From the NCBI RefSeq assembly GCF_009914755.1, contig NC_060940.1: a stretch of DNA of 64,000 nt; one strand, 5' to 3'. The notes beneath the pieces were generated by a model that made no database searches, was not told where the DNA came from, and saw only the letters and a program-made list of their open reading frames with translations. Positions 1 through 15,439 of the stretch are shown here, piece by piece. Position numbers and translations under genes: made by a program. Numbering within the stretch: the stretch's first letter is position 1; each line of letters opens with the position of its first letter. This DNA comes from the human T2T-CHM13v2.0 reference genome, Homo sapiens.

Positions 1-35
1 GACTCTGTCTCAAAAAAAAAAGTGGGAGTGGGGGA

Positions 36-288
36 GGCCAGGCTGTAATCCCAGCACTTTGGGAGACTGAGGCGGGCGGATCACCTGAGGTCGGGAGTTT
101 GAGACCAGCCTGACCAACATGGAGAAATCGTCTCTACTGAAAATACAAAATTAGCTGGGCGTGGTGGCGCATGCCTGTAATCTCAGCCACTCGGGAGGCT
201 GAGGCAGGGAGGCATGCCATTGCACTCCAGCCTGGGTAACAAGAGTGGAGCTTGCAGTGAGCCGAGATCACTCTGTCTCAAAAAAAAA
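36..288 (+). mobile_element. AluS with deletions and a permuted right arm
   Basis: Alu motifs and A tail; 1-21 is the tail of a preceding Alu. Confidence 0.9.
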
Positions 289-381
289 AGAGGATGCCAG
301 AGGGGAAAAAAGCACCCTGAGGGGTGAAAACAGCCAGTGCCAAGGCCCTGCAGCAGGTAAGAGCATCAAATCATGAAATCA

Positions 382-882
382 TGAGACCATGCTCCAAAGA
401 GCTAAAGAAACCACTAACAGAAATTCTTGAATTTGCAGGAAGGCAAATAAAAAAAGAAACAATTTGAAACTCCTTTCACTTATAACAAAACCAGCTGCAA
501 TCAGCTGGAAGCAATATGGCCAACTGGAGTTAGTGCAAGACCAGCTTGCTGATGTCACAGCCTGAATTTCCACTGCATGTTTCACACTCACTCCCTCCAA
601 ATTTGCACATGGGACCCATGAGGAGGCATGAAGAGGTAACTGCACATGCCAAAGGTCTTTGCAGACCTCACTTCTCCTTGCACCAATAACCTACTAATCT
701 CAGAATCCACTCCCTAAACCTTTTCTAATAAAACTACTGCCTTAAAGCCAGCACAGGGAGAGAGATTTGAGCTGACTCCTGCCTCCTTCTGAGCCAACTT
801 GCAATAAAAAGCTTTTCTCAGAAACCCAGTTTCATAGTGTTGGGGTCCAGGGCATCCAGCTGTGAGTCCCTTTTGCAATAAG
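382..882 (+). mobile_element. ERV1-class solo LTR (subfamily not assigned)
   Basis: TG start, taataaaactactgcc, internal AATAAA, LTR-like U5. Confidence 0.65.
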
Positions 883-1022
883 AGAGTGCTCAGCCTGGTC
901 AAGCATCCAAGGTGAGAAAGGGGCAGGGCGTGGTGTGTGATGAAGTTGGGAGAGCCAGACCAGGCCAGGGCCTTGATGATCCGGCCTGCTGTATTCCCTC
1001 CTGTCCTCAAAACCACTCAGCA

Positions 1023-1349
<327 letters not shown>

Positions 1350-1507
1350 ATGAAACACTCAGCAAGCAGGCAGAGACTTGGGAGAGAAGAAACTCGGCTC
1401 ATAGGATCTCGGCTGGGACACACGCCTGAGGCCCCTGACCTGATGTCTGGCCACAGACTCCTCAGAAAGGCTCCCGAGAGGGTGACACCCACCCCCTCTG
1501 GCCATGA

Positions 1508-2203
<696 letters not shown>

Positions 2204-2599
2204 GGCCAGCCTGCCCGGCAGCGGCAGCGGCAGCAGCATCCTGTCCAGCGCCAGCTTCATCAGCTTGGGCAGCAGTGCCCTCACCTACCAGGTGAGCAGC
2301 GGGCTGCTGACTTCCACAGCCAGCCTTCCCTCCACCCAGGCCAGCAGCCGTCAGAGCGTCCGGCTGGATGGCAGTGCCCAAAACAGGCAGAGCAGCCACA
2401 CCAGCGTGCAGGAGGACAAGACGGGCGGCAACGTGAAAACCAGTGAGCAGGTCACCACGGGGGAGCAGCCTGCCCAGGTGTGCATGCCTTTGTGAGAATC
2501 CTCTCCAGCAGCCAGAGTCTCCCAGAAAACAACACACAGGCCCAGCAAACACAGGCTGCACCCAGAGTGGATATTCCCAAAACAAGTAGGAAAGGTGTT

Positions 2600-3130
2600 T
2601 TCAAAAGCACACACTGACTGTGTCAACCATCAGTGGGTAATCCCATTTGTAGCAACAAGCATCAGTGGGCAGGCCACATGTAGCAGGAAGGATCTATGCT
2701 GAGCACCGCCTATCCTGAGAACACAGTCAGTGAGGAGACTGTCTATACTGAGAACCACTGTTGCTAGGAAGAGCTGTAGTATCAAGATTCACCAATGCTG
2801 AGTCCACCTGTGTCAAAACAGCGAAGAGTAATGACATCGACTGTGAACTTCAGTGACAAGCCATCTATAACAAGATCCATCAATGGCAAAACCATCTGTA
2901 GTCAGCAGCATCCTGGTGGGACCCCCTGTACCAAAACTCATCAGTGGCGACAGATGTTCTCGATGGCAAACGCTGACGATATTAAGAACTGTCACGAGTT
3001 AGAACCTTCCATGATGAAACCATCCTAAATGATGAATGCCATCTGCAACCAACACCAGCCACGATGAGCTCAGAAGAAACAAGCTGCAACCATGGTTGGG
3101 ACTGTCCATATCAAGAACCATCTGCAGTGA
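2600..3130 (+). repeat. Degenerate 30-33 bp tandem repeat array
   Basis: catcagtggg at 2628/2660, ctgagaac at 2715/2748, ccatct at 2861/2892, ctgta at 2896/2926. Confidence 0.55.
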
Positions 3131-3885
3131 GCGCCATGCGTGGAGAGCCACATCCACATGAAACTTCATCCTGGCCAAGCAGCACCACACTCTGTCCATC
3201 ATTGTCACTGCCCGCAGAAGCACTAGCAAGACAGCCACGGTGCACACGGAGCACCTTCACGACTCTCAGCTCCCCCAAGGAGTCCAGACTAAGTGACTGT
3301 CACCAGAGAAGGATCATCAGGAGCAGCCAGGGATGCCCCCGGCACACAGGGACTAGGTCTAGTGAGAACATTAGAGGGCGGTGTAAATGGATCCCCATGC
3401 CTGGGCACCTGTAATCCCAACTACTTGGGAGGCACCATCCCAGAGAGCTCCAAGCGTCCTTTTTTTTTTTTTTTTCCTTTGAGTGCTGTCTCTGGACATC
3501 TTCAGCCCAGAATCTTCTCAGGAGCAAAGGCTTCCTGATGCCTCATTCATGTCAAGAAAGGAGGCCAGGAGCCATCCTGTGTTCAGATGGTTGAGACAGT
3601 GACTACGATGGCAGGACAATGCCGTGAGAAGCACTTCATGGTGACAGAGCCCAACCCAGCCGGGAACAGCTGCGATGGGGAAGCTCTGGAGCATTTTGTG
3701 AGCACCGTCTCGGTGGATGGGAAAGCCAAAGTCTCTGCCCGTCTCTTACTGGAGGCACTAAACCCCCTCCCTGGGTTGACCTCACAGACATTGAAGTGAG
3801 TCTGCCCACAAAGGAAAAGAGGCCAGAGACTGTCGTGAAGACATCCACTAGGTACCAGAAGGAAAGCTGAGGGGGCAGCAAAGAC

Positions 3886-3933
3886 AATAAAAGGTGTCTA
3901 GAGAGGTCATATGTGTGTGGGTCTGTGTGTGCG
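3886..3933 (+). terminator. Poly(A) signal AATAAA (3886-3891) with downstream GT-rich element; likely C16orf82 3' end
   Basis: gacAATAAAaggtg followed about 20 nt later by atgtgtgtgggtctgtgtgtgcg. Confidence 0.7.
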
Positions 3934-3989
3934 TTCCCGGCCGAGCTCACAGGAGGGGTGGGCCACAAACACACTAAAGAACCATGGAG

Positions 3990-4175
3990 AGAGTTGGGCA
4001 TGGCTACCAACTCTGCCACTGCTGTGCTGGCCATCTGGGCAAAATAGTTAAACTTTCAGAGCCTCAGTTTCCTCATCTGGGAAATGGGGACAGTAACCCC
4101 TATTTCATACATAGGATGGTTATGTGGATTACATGAAAATGTATATCAAGTACCCAGCAAGGGATAAGTACTAAT
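3990..4175 (+). mobile_element. MIR
   Basis: gcctcagtttcctcatctg core. Confidence 0.75.
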
Positions 4176-4189
4176 GTAATGTATTTCTT

Positions 4190-4590
4190 TCCCTTTTCTT
4201 TTTTTTTTCCTTTTTATTTTTTAACTTTTAAGTTCAGGGGCACATGTACAGGATGTGCAGGTTTGTTACAGAGGAGAATGTGTGTCATGGGGGTTTGTTA
4301 TACAGATTATTTTATAACCCAGGCATTAAGTATAGTATCCATTAGTTATTTTTCCTGATCTTCTCCCTCCTCCCACTCCTCACCCTCCGATAGACCCCAG
4401 TGTGTGTTGTTCCCCTCTATGTGTCTATGTGTTCTCATCATTTAGCTCCCACTTCTAAGTGAGAATATGCGGTATTTGGTTTTCTGTTCCTGCCTTAGTT
4501 TACTAAGGATAATGGCCTCCACCTCCATCCCTGTCCCTGCAAAGGGCATGATCTCTTTTTTTATAGCTGCATAATATTCCATGGTGTATC
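4190..4590 (-). mobile_element. L1PA/L1PB 3' end
   Basis: T tail then acatgtacaggatgtgcaggtttgttaca...gtgagaatatgcggtatttgg. Confidence 0.85.
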
Positions 4591-4953
4591 ATTTTTCTTG
4601 CTTATGGGTAAAATGGGCACAATGGTTTCTGTCTTGCTTCACTCACAGGCACAGAAAGGCTAGTCACTGCTAATAATGGAGAAAAAGCTATTGACCAAAG
4701 CAAAGAAAAAAGAGCCACTGTATCTGCTGGGAGGTAAGATGTTTTGGCAGAGAGTTGTGGTTTGAGGAAGGAGTTGCTGGTTCTGGGTGTGAGGGTGCCA
4801 CATGTCTGGTGTGGCGAGTCTCTGCTTCTCAAATATAAGCACCCCTTTTGAGAACATTCTCCCCTACTTTCCTCCAGACAAAGTCACTCAGCAAGGCCTG
4901 AGCACCCATTACCCAGGGCAGTCAAGAAAGGCCTCCCACCTCCACCCAAGAGC

Positions 4954-5312
4954 CTTAGTCGTGTGGGGTAGCTACAACAAAATACGATAAACTGGGTTGC
5001 TTACAAACAGAAATTCATTGTTCACAGTTCTGGAAGCTGGGAAGTCCAAGATCAAGGTGCTAGTGGATTCGGTGTCTGGTGAGGGCCCAGCTGTGCTCCT
5101 AGACTGCCATCTTTGCACCATGCCCTCGCATGGTGGAAGGGGTGAGGTTGCTCTCTGGGGCCTCTTTTGTGAGGGCACTAATCCCATTCACAGGGGCTCC
5201 ACCCCCATGACCTGATCACCTCCTAAAGGCCCCAACTGTTCATACCATCAGCTTGAGGGAATAGATTTCAACATAAGAATTTTATGGGGACACAAAAGTT
5301 CAGTCCCTACCA
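4954..5312 (-). mobile_element. MaLR LTR (MLT1A-like)
   Basis: cacagttctggaagctgggaagtccaagatcaaggtgc. Confidence 0.8.
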
Positions 5313-5737
5313 CCAAGGGAACCCCTGTGTTCTGTAGGCAGCTCTGGGGGAAGCTTGGCCACCTCATCTCCCCCCAACATAGCCCTTCCCTTCCCTAAGA
5401 ACCTCCCCTAGTTTCCCCATCTCAGAGGAGAAAGGAGAACACACAGAAGCGAAGTTATGGGCAGAGCGGTGCTGGGCACCTGCATGCTGGACCCCCTCAG
5501 CCTGGAGGCCATGGGCTCTTCAGACACAGCATGGCCAAAACTGAGTTGACCACCTTCCCCTGACTGCCTCTTTCATGTCCCTTCTCAGCAGATGGCACCA
5601 TCAGGCTGCATTTGTCCAAGCCGGGACATCACGCCTGAGTCCTCCTCCCCCTGCCTCAGCCCAGTGTCCCATCAATCCCTAAACACCCCTCCACCTCCAC
5701 TGCTGACCCCCAGCCCGCCTTAGCCTCCCGCTAGAAC

Positions 5738-5890
5738 AGTGGTTCTCAACCCTGGCTGTGCATCAGGGTCACCCGGGGTGGAGGGGAGCATTTACAAAGT
5801 ACAAGTGCACAGCCTCCTCCCAGCAACTTGGCCTGTGCACCGGTCTTTAATAAAATTCCCCAGGTGATGAAAGTGTTCAGATCAGGACTG
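5738..5890. mobile_element. MER5-type hAT-Charlie
   Basis: cagtggttctcaaccctggctg terminus, ccccaggtgat. Confidence 0.65.
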
Positions 5891-6145
5891 AGAGATGTCA
5901 CTGACTTTGATCTCTTCCTCCTGGAATCCACTTTCAATCCCAGGGGTCAAAACCGACACCCCTGCAGGGCCAGGAAGGGAATAGAGAATGAGGAGGAAGT
6001 GGAGGTGGCAAATTGGGAAGCCCATGTCTTCTCTAAAGAGAGGCCAAAAATCCAAAATTCTGAGTAAAATCTCCTAGTTCTAAAATACTGGTCACAAATT
6101 CAAATTCTTTCAAAAAAATTATAACACAAATAAAAACATTTCTAA

Positions 6146-6498
<353 letters not shown>

Positions 6499-6701
6499 CT
6501 TCTGCTTCTAAACAGAGAACAGAGCCATCTCTCTGAAGCAAATATCTGCTTATATTCCTCGACTGCTTAAAAACTTCCAACATTTTCCCACCATCCAAAG
6601 CAGCATTGACACGGCATTCAAGGTCCTCCCCAAACAGACCCAAGCAAGTTTTCCCTGCCTCACTTCCTGCTACTTGCTCCCATGCACCATCTCAAACCTG
6701 A

Positions 6702-7094
<393 letters not shown>

Positions 7095-7099
7095 TAGGC

Positions 7100-7940
<841 letters not shown>

Positions 7941-7959
7941 GACTCTGATTTTTGTTGTA

Positions 7960-8100
7960 ACCATATATGAGGGTGATTTGTATCAGTCTCCCTTTTACAT
8001 AGAGAAACTGAGGCACAGAGAGGCTAACTCTCTGTAAGTGGCAGGGCTGGGATTTGAACCCAGGCAGCCTGGCCCCAGAGTCCATGATCTTAGCCATTAT
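7960..8100 (-). mobile_element. MIR
   Basis: gaaactgaggcacagagagg...gggatttgaacccaggcag. Confidence 0.8.
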
Positions 8101-9069
8101 CGTCTCTACCCTCCCTCTCTGCTTTGGGCACTTAAGGCCCCCAGCACACCCAGGGAATAGGTCACCCCCAGACCCAGAGCCCCCAGTTAACCGTTTCCTG
8201 TCTCAGGCCAAGTGTAGTGGCTGTCACTGCCTGGTACATGAGGGTGTATGTGTCCGCCTCCCTGAGGGGTGGAGGCCCACTTCTGTGTCAGCAGCATCAG
8301 TGATTCCCGAATGAATGAATGAGTGAGCACATGAGTGAAGGATCAACAGCTGCATCAGAGGAAGAGGGCCGGGTCCTCCTGGGCTTGCTCTTCATTGGCT
8401 ACAGCCCACTACCCCAAAACAAAGGTTAAACAATGCTCAGTGTGCATGCCAGCAAGCCCCAGGGCCTCTCTATCCTCCCCTGGCTGTGCACCCAGCAGAT
8501 ACATCTCAGCCTGGCTCTCTCCCACGGCAGCACAGAGGACCCAGCAAGAACTCGAAGTAAGGACCATTTTTCAAGCCGGCGTGGCGATTTTTTCTTTCCT
8601 GTCCACTAGCGTGGCGTTCAGGGTGGCAGGAGGGCTGGAATGATGGGTTGGCTGCAGGCACCCGCTCCTGAATTATTAACTGGGCTGGGGAGAGAGTTGC
8701 TTATCAATGCTGTCCATCCAAAGGACCGCAGCAGCCTTGGACTTCAAACAGGCCTGGAGCAGGCAGGCAGGAAAGAGAGGGATTTGGCCGATGGATCTCC
8801 CATGCTTAATGAATCAGAGGCCTCTTCCCAAGTGCTCTCTTGGCCTCCAGCGCCACCTGGGAAGGGGCTCATCTTTCATATTCTTCACACTGCAGTGCTT
8901 GATTTCTGTTGGATTCGGGTTCTTGACCTCTCCTCTTGTCCCCACTCCAAAACCAGTGGATGAAATAGATGGAGTCTGCCAAATACGGCCTACTGTGAGC
9001 CAGGAGCTTGCTGGCTATGCCAGGTTCTTTTTCAATGTCTCATCATGGCAGAGAAGCAGGAGGAGAGTA

Positions 9070-9430
9070 TCTTGGGTTGAGTCTCCTAGAAGCAGAACCT
9101 GAGGTGGGGATTCTTGGGAGAGTTATTGAGGGAGGGTTCCCAGGAGAAGCAGGGGGAGGCAAGCAGGATGGGAAAGAAAAGGGGTTAAGCAATGGTGTGG
9201 TCTTGGCTGGACCCTGGCCTCAGCCTGATTCCACAGGATCTCTGGGGTGTGAATTGCACCACGGAGCTGATTCTACCTTCAGTCAAAAGAGACAGCCATT
9301 CGTGCCCTCATGCCCTCGGTGGAGGAACCATAACCTCCCAGGTAAAATGGCTCCCATCCAGCCAGGAGCAATTCTCTATAGAAGGGGCAGCTGTGAGCCA
9401 CTAGCAGCAATCCTGGCCAGGCAGTCCAAG
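9070..9430 (-). mobile_element. ERVL LTR (LTR16/LTR33-like)
   Basis: agaagcagaacctgagg...ggggcagctgtgagcc. Confidence 0.5.
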
Positions 9431-9449
9431 GTAGCATGATGGCTCCACA

Positions 9450-9785
9450 AGATGATCAGGAACCCAGCTCCTTCCAACTCTCCATTCCACCATCCCGAGG
9501 ATGAAGTCCTCTTCCGTGTAGTATAAAATGGCTGCCTAAGCTCCATCCAAGATATCTGTTTTCAAGACAAGCATGAGGAGGAAAAGGATAAGAAAATCTT
9601 GACTGTTCTTTTTTAGGGAGACATCCTAAAAGTCCCACACAACACAGCTATACCTAGCTATAAGGGAGGTAAGAAAAATTGGTCTTTATTCTAGGAAACA
9701 ATGTGTAGGAATTAAAGTTGCCATTCCGTAACTAATAATGGAGGAAGAAATGGATACCGAGGGAGGCAATTACAGTATCTGCTAT
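9450..9785 (-). mobile_element. Old MLT1 (K/L-like) fragment
   Basis: cagctccttcc...aaaatggctgcc. Confidence 0.5.
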
Positions 9786-9869
9786 AAACACTGCTCCAAT
9801 TCATTCTCCCACAGGGTCTAAAGGGACTTTTTTAGCCTCTAATAAAATCACCCTTTTACATAAAACCTT

Positions 9870-10388
9870 TGGGGTAGCTAGCAAAAATGGCCCCAATACC
9901 CACCAACTCCTCCCGTGAAGAGGAGTCTATTTCCCCATCCCTTGAATCTCAGCCGATCTTGTGATTTGCTTTGACTAATAGAAAGTGGCAGAAGTGATGC
10001 TCTACAGTTCTGAGTTTATCCTTTAAGAGACCTTGCAGTTTCTGCTTCCACAGTCTTCCAACTCTGCAACCATTTTGAGAACAAGCCTGGGCCAGCCAGT
10101 TAAATGATGAAAAGCCACACGGAGAGAGACCCCAGTCCCACCCCCAAACTACCAACCTATTCCTGTCAAGGTCATCATAAACCAGCCAACCCAAATGACC
10201 CACCAGCTGACCATGGACAAATGGACAAAAACCAGTTAAGGTCAGCTGAGCATGACCCAGACCAGAAGAACCACCAATTGAGCCAAGCCCCAACTGCTGA
10301 ACTACAGGCTCCTGAGCTAAATAAGAGGTGGTTGTTTTAAGCCACTGTGTTTTGGGATTTTTGTTACACAGCCAAAGCTGACTGATAA
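9870..10388 (+). mobile_element. MaLR LTR (MLT1F/H-like)
   Basis: gagtctatttccccatcccttgaatc...ttttaagccactgtgttttggg...gttacacagc. Confidence 0.75.
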
Positions 10389-10469
10389 GGCTCTGATGGC
10401 CTTCCCTTGCTCTCAGGGTAAAAGAACAAAATTCCCACCATGACCACCAAGGTTCCAGCCTTCAGTGAC

Positions 10470-10913
10470 TGCTATGATTTGGATATAGTTTGTTTATTCC
10501 CACCAAAGCTCATGTTGAAATTTGATCCCCTGTGTGGCAATGTTAAGAGGTGGGTCCAGGTGGGAGATGTTTTGGTCATGGGAGCAGATTCTTCATTAAT
10601 GGCTTGGTGCTGCTCTCTGGTAGTAAGTGACTTCTTGCTCTGGCAAGACTGGATTATTTCCTGTGGGACTGGATCAGTTCCCTCAAGAGTAGGTTATTAT
10701 AAAGCCAGGATGCCACTTAGGCTTTGTCTCTTCACACGTGTCTACTTCCCCTTTGACCTCCTCTACCATATTGTGAGGCAGCACAAAAGCCCTCACCAGA
10801 AGCCAGGGTCATGCCCTTGAACTCCCCAGCCTGCAGAATCGTAAGCTAAATTAATCACTTTTCTTTAGCCGTCTCAGGTTTTCTGTTATTGCATCACAAA
10901 ATAACCTAAGACA
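10470..10913 (+). mobile_element. MaLR LTR (MSTB-like)
   Basis: tgctatgatttggat...ctcatgttgaaatttgatcccc...ctaagaca. Confidence 0.85.
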
Positions 10914-11412
10914 ATGGCCATTCTGGCCTCATCACAAATATGTTCCTTTCACTCTCTGTGGTTTCATCATCTCCTCAGACCCACTCACCCCAGAGCATTT
11001 GCACCAGCAGTTCACCTAGCTAGAATATGCTCTGCCGTCTTCACCTGGTTACTTCCTAGTCTTCCTCAACTCAACTCTCATGTGTCTTGGACTCAGACCT
11101 CAACTCCCATGTCCCTTCCCCCCAGATAGATCCAATCCCCCTGAATACATTCTCAGAGTACCACGACCCTCTCTCCCATAGCACTTCATTATAGTTATAA
11201 CTTTACACTTATTGGTGTGATTCTTTGATTAAAACCTGCCTCTCTTAGGAGCCTTTAACTCTACAAGGGCAGGAACTGTGCCTCTTTTGCTCACTCTGTA
11301 CCCCTAAAACACAGAATTATGGCTTTTCACCATAGGGGCATCATTGTGTCCCAAGCATCTGGAACCATGCCTTGCATACAGTAGATGCTCAATAAACACC
11401 TTTGAATGAATG
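10914..11412. mobile_element. L2 3' fragments
   Basis: cagtagatgctcaataaa...tgaatgaatga end. Confidence 0.6.
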
Positions 11413-11625
11413 AGCTGAATCTGAACGTTGCAAAGGCTATCCAATAGAGACTAGTCAAACCTTGATTGTAATGTTAGTTCTTAAAACACAAAAGATGATC
11501 AAATGAGAGCCAGTGGAAGTTGGAATTGTCACACACACACACGTACACACTCTAAGTTTAGCAACTTGATGACTTCCAAAAGTCATAAAATGACTGTTGA
11601 CAGACTTAGCACTTGGGCTCACTAG

Positions 11626-12107
<482 letters not shown>

Positions 12108-12463
12108 CCTTTCTCCTTCCTTCCTTTCTTCCTTCCTTCCTTCCTTCCTTCCTTCCTTCCTTTCTTTCTTTCTTTCTTTCTTTTCAGGGTCTCACTCTTT
12201 CACCCAGGCTGGAGTACAGTAGCACAATCATAGCTCACTGCAACCTCCACCTCCCAGGCTGAAGTGATCCTCCCATACCAGCCTGCCAAGTAGCTGGGAC
12301 TACAAGTGTGCACTACCACTCCCAGCTAATTTTTGTATTTTTTGTAGAGACCAGATTTCATCATGTTGCCCAGGCTGGTCTCAAACTACTGGACTCAAGC
12401 AATCCATCCATCTCAGACTCCCAAAGTGTTGGGATTAGAGGCATGAGCCATCATGCCCAGCCT
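12108..12463 (-). mobile_element. AluJ with (TTCC)n(TTTC)n tail
   Basis: Antisense Alu. Confidence 0.9.
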
Positions 12464-12753
12464 TCTTTCTTTTTTTTAATAGAGACAGGGTCTCATTCTG
12501 TCACCCAGGCTGGAGTGAAGTGATGCAATCATAACTCATTGCAGCCTCGAACTCCAGTGCTCAAGCAATCCTCCCACTTCAGCCTCTAGAGTGGTTGGGA
12601 CTTCAGGAATGCACCACCATGCACGGTTAATTTGTTTTTATTTTTTGTAGAGACAGGGTGTCCCTATGCTTCCCAGGCTGGTCTTGAACTCCTGGCCTCA
12701 AGCAATCCTCCTGCCCAAGCAGCTGGGATTACAGGCATGAGCCACTGTGCCCA
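12464..12753 (-). mobile_element. AluJ
   Basis: Antisense Alu. Confidence 0.9.
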
Positions 12754-12859
12754 AGTTTAGAATCTCTTTCTTTCTGGTGGAAACCTTTCACATACATATC
12801 ACATTAACCACATGAGCAAAGCATAGTCTCGTTCTAATCCTGGAATTCACAGTGGTCAA

Positions 12860-13090
12860 ATAGAATAGACTTCGGGTTCAGAATCCCTGGGCACAATCTT
12901 GGATCTGCCACACACTAGCTGTATGCCTTGGAAAGTGTGTCTTAACCAACCTTTCTAAGCCTCAGTGTCATCATCTATAAAATGGGGATGATAATAGTAT
13001 CTCCTAGGGTTGTGAGGAGTAAACAAGATCATTTGTCCAAAATGCTTGACTCAATGCACATAGTAGACCTGCAACCAATGGCAGCCATTG
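12860..13090 (+). mobile_element. MIR
   Basis: ctaagcctcagtgtcatcatctataaaatgggg. Confidence 0.75.
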
Positions 13091-14595
13091 TTACAATGGA
13101 TCCCAGACTGGCATGAATCTCCGCAGGGGCAGCTCATAGCTCAGGTTGTTAACTTGTCTTTCTGTCCCTTCCCCAACCCCCAGCCTCTAGCTTAGGGCCT
13201 GGCACAAAGTGAAGGTCAATGAATGTTTGTTGAGTGAAGAAATGAGAACTTGAGAAATGAAGGAATTCAGCTCCTTCACTCATTCAGCATTCACTGAGTG
13301 TATAACCCTGTGCACTGTGTGCCAGATGGCAAGAACCAAATAAGAATTACAGTATCTCTGCCCTCAAGTTGCTTAAAGCCTGGGCCAGAAGTCCAAATGC
13401 ATCAGCTCATAAGAGATTCCACCTAAGGATCTAAACTGCTAGCTGACTGAGATCTGGAGACTCCCTTCCCATTCCCCCTGGCAACAGCAGCTGGAGCTGA
13501 GCTCTCTTTCCCAACTACCTAATTTTTGTGTGTCCTGGAAGGCTTAGAGTTGCAACCCCGGTCTGGAGGAAGAGGAAGATGGGTAATTAGGGCAGTAAGT
13601 GAGATCCTGCAGCTCCAGGAAGGACATGAGCACCAAGGGGAGGAGCATCTTACCCAGCCTGGGCAGAGAAGGGAGCAAAGAGGAGGGCAGGAAAGAGCAG
13701 AGACAGGCTCTGTTTCCACACTGGACACACACAGTCGTGATGGGTAGGTCAGTCCCTCTCCCTGGACTTTAGTTATCCCCAGAGGCGCATGAAGAGGTTT
13801 TAGTAGATCAACAGACTTTAAGCATTTTTTAAAGTATTGAGCCATCTCCCTACCACTGCCACAAATGAAAGCAGACCCAGACAGAAGCAGAGTTACCTGG
13901 GGGCAGGTGAGACTGGGAGCAGAGCCAATCACACCTCCACTCCCCACATGTGTTCCCCTCATGGAGCCCCAGGCCACCTCCCTGAGCTGCAGAGACCTAG
14001 GGAAACCCTTTGGAAAAGATGGCTCTGCCACTTGGCATTCTGAAACCACATTCCATCAGTCCCAACTGAGGCTCAAACCCAGATCCCAAAAACCCACAAG
14101 CACCCAGGCCCAAGCAGGTAACATGAGTGAGTGATGACCCCAGCCAGATAGACTCAGAAAAGCACCTTCAGTTGCAATCTTTCAACCTAGACACATTTGG
14201 TTTACATATTGAACTCTGACTATTCTTTATTTCCACCAAGAAATATGCACTCTCTTTTTTGTCTTGAAATAGGTGGCTTTCTTGGTCTATCTTTCAACTT
14301 TCTGCTTTTGATAGAGATGTGGACATCAAGAAATGGTTCGCTTTCCTCTTTGCTTTGTAGAAGAAAAATGGTGGTGCGAGGATGATGACAGACAGCAGCT
14401 GCCAGCAGCCTTAGGACAGGGAGGCAACAGGGAGTGGTGGGGACTGTGGTGAACTGGAACATGCAGGCTTTGTCTAAGGGGCAGCTACCACCCAGCACAG
14501 AAAGATACTATCAGTGTTATCATGTCTGCTATTTCCAGGAAAGCAGAAATCTAGGCTTGTTATGAGAAATCTCCTGATTTTTAAGTAGTGATTAT

Positions 14596-14996
14596 TGTAA
14601 CAGTCAGCTTGGGTTGCTATAACAGCTAGGTGATTTAAATAAACAAAAGAAACTGATTTTCTCTCCATTCTAGAGGTGAGAAGTCCAAGATCAAGGTGCC
14701 AGCACAGCAGGGTTGGTCTCTGGTGAGGCCTCTTTGTTTTGGTTTGCAGACGGTCACCTTCTCACTATGTCCTCATATGGTGGTGAGTTGAGGGGGAGAG
14801 AGAGAGAGAAAGAGCTTGAGAGTACAAGTTCTCTGGTGTCTCTTCTTATAAGGACACTAATCCCATCATGAGGACCGCACCCTCATAACTCATCTAAATC
14901 TAATTACCTCCCTAAATCCCCCTCTCCAAATACCATCACATTTCTGGTTGGGCCTTCCACATAGGAATTCAGAGGGACACAATTAGGTCCACAGCA
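14596..14996 (-). mobile_element. MaLR LTR (MLT1B/C-like)
   Basis: gaagtccaagatcaaggtgccagca...tcttataaggacactaatccc. Confidence 0.85.
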
Positions 14997-15439
14997 ATGA
15001 TTATTTCCAACTTTTTTCCTAAACAAAACATTGTTTTGTTCCAGTAAAACATATCTATAGGTCCAGATTCATCACAGGGGCTACGAGTTTGAGACCTACT
15101 AAGTCTGGCCTGTGAAGCCAGTTCTCATGTAGACTATCTGTCTTCCTACCCCCAAACTGGCGAAATAAGTTTGAGCTGACAACTAGGAAAAGAGGTGAGT
15201 TGGGGTATTCTTCTTGGAAGCCTCCCACAAGCTCACTCTTGCTCTCTACAGAAAATAGATGCGACGGATGAACGGAAACAAGAAAGCAGCTTGAGATTGG
15301 ATGGACTTCAGAAACATGAAAAATGATGTTCTTGGAAAAGATGACATGCAATCAGCTTGAATAGGTTGAGAAAGGTTTAAACCAACACCCTGGAGCTTTA
15401 TACCAGAAAACAAGAACTACCAAGTTCTCCCTCCACACA

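Noticed and set aside
2600-3130. CRISPR-like reading of the roughly 31-bp periodic repeats
   Set aside because: Primate DNA, degenerate contiguous units with no repeat-spacer structure and no cas genes
13519-14049. 176-aa minus-strand ORF in unique sequence
   Set aside because: Non-ATG start, no recognisable homology or composition signal, no supporting splice or poly(A) structure seen
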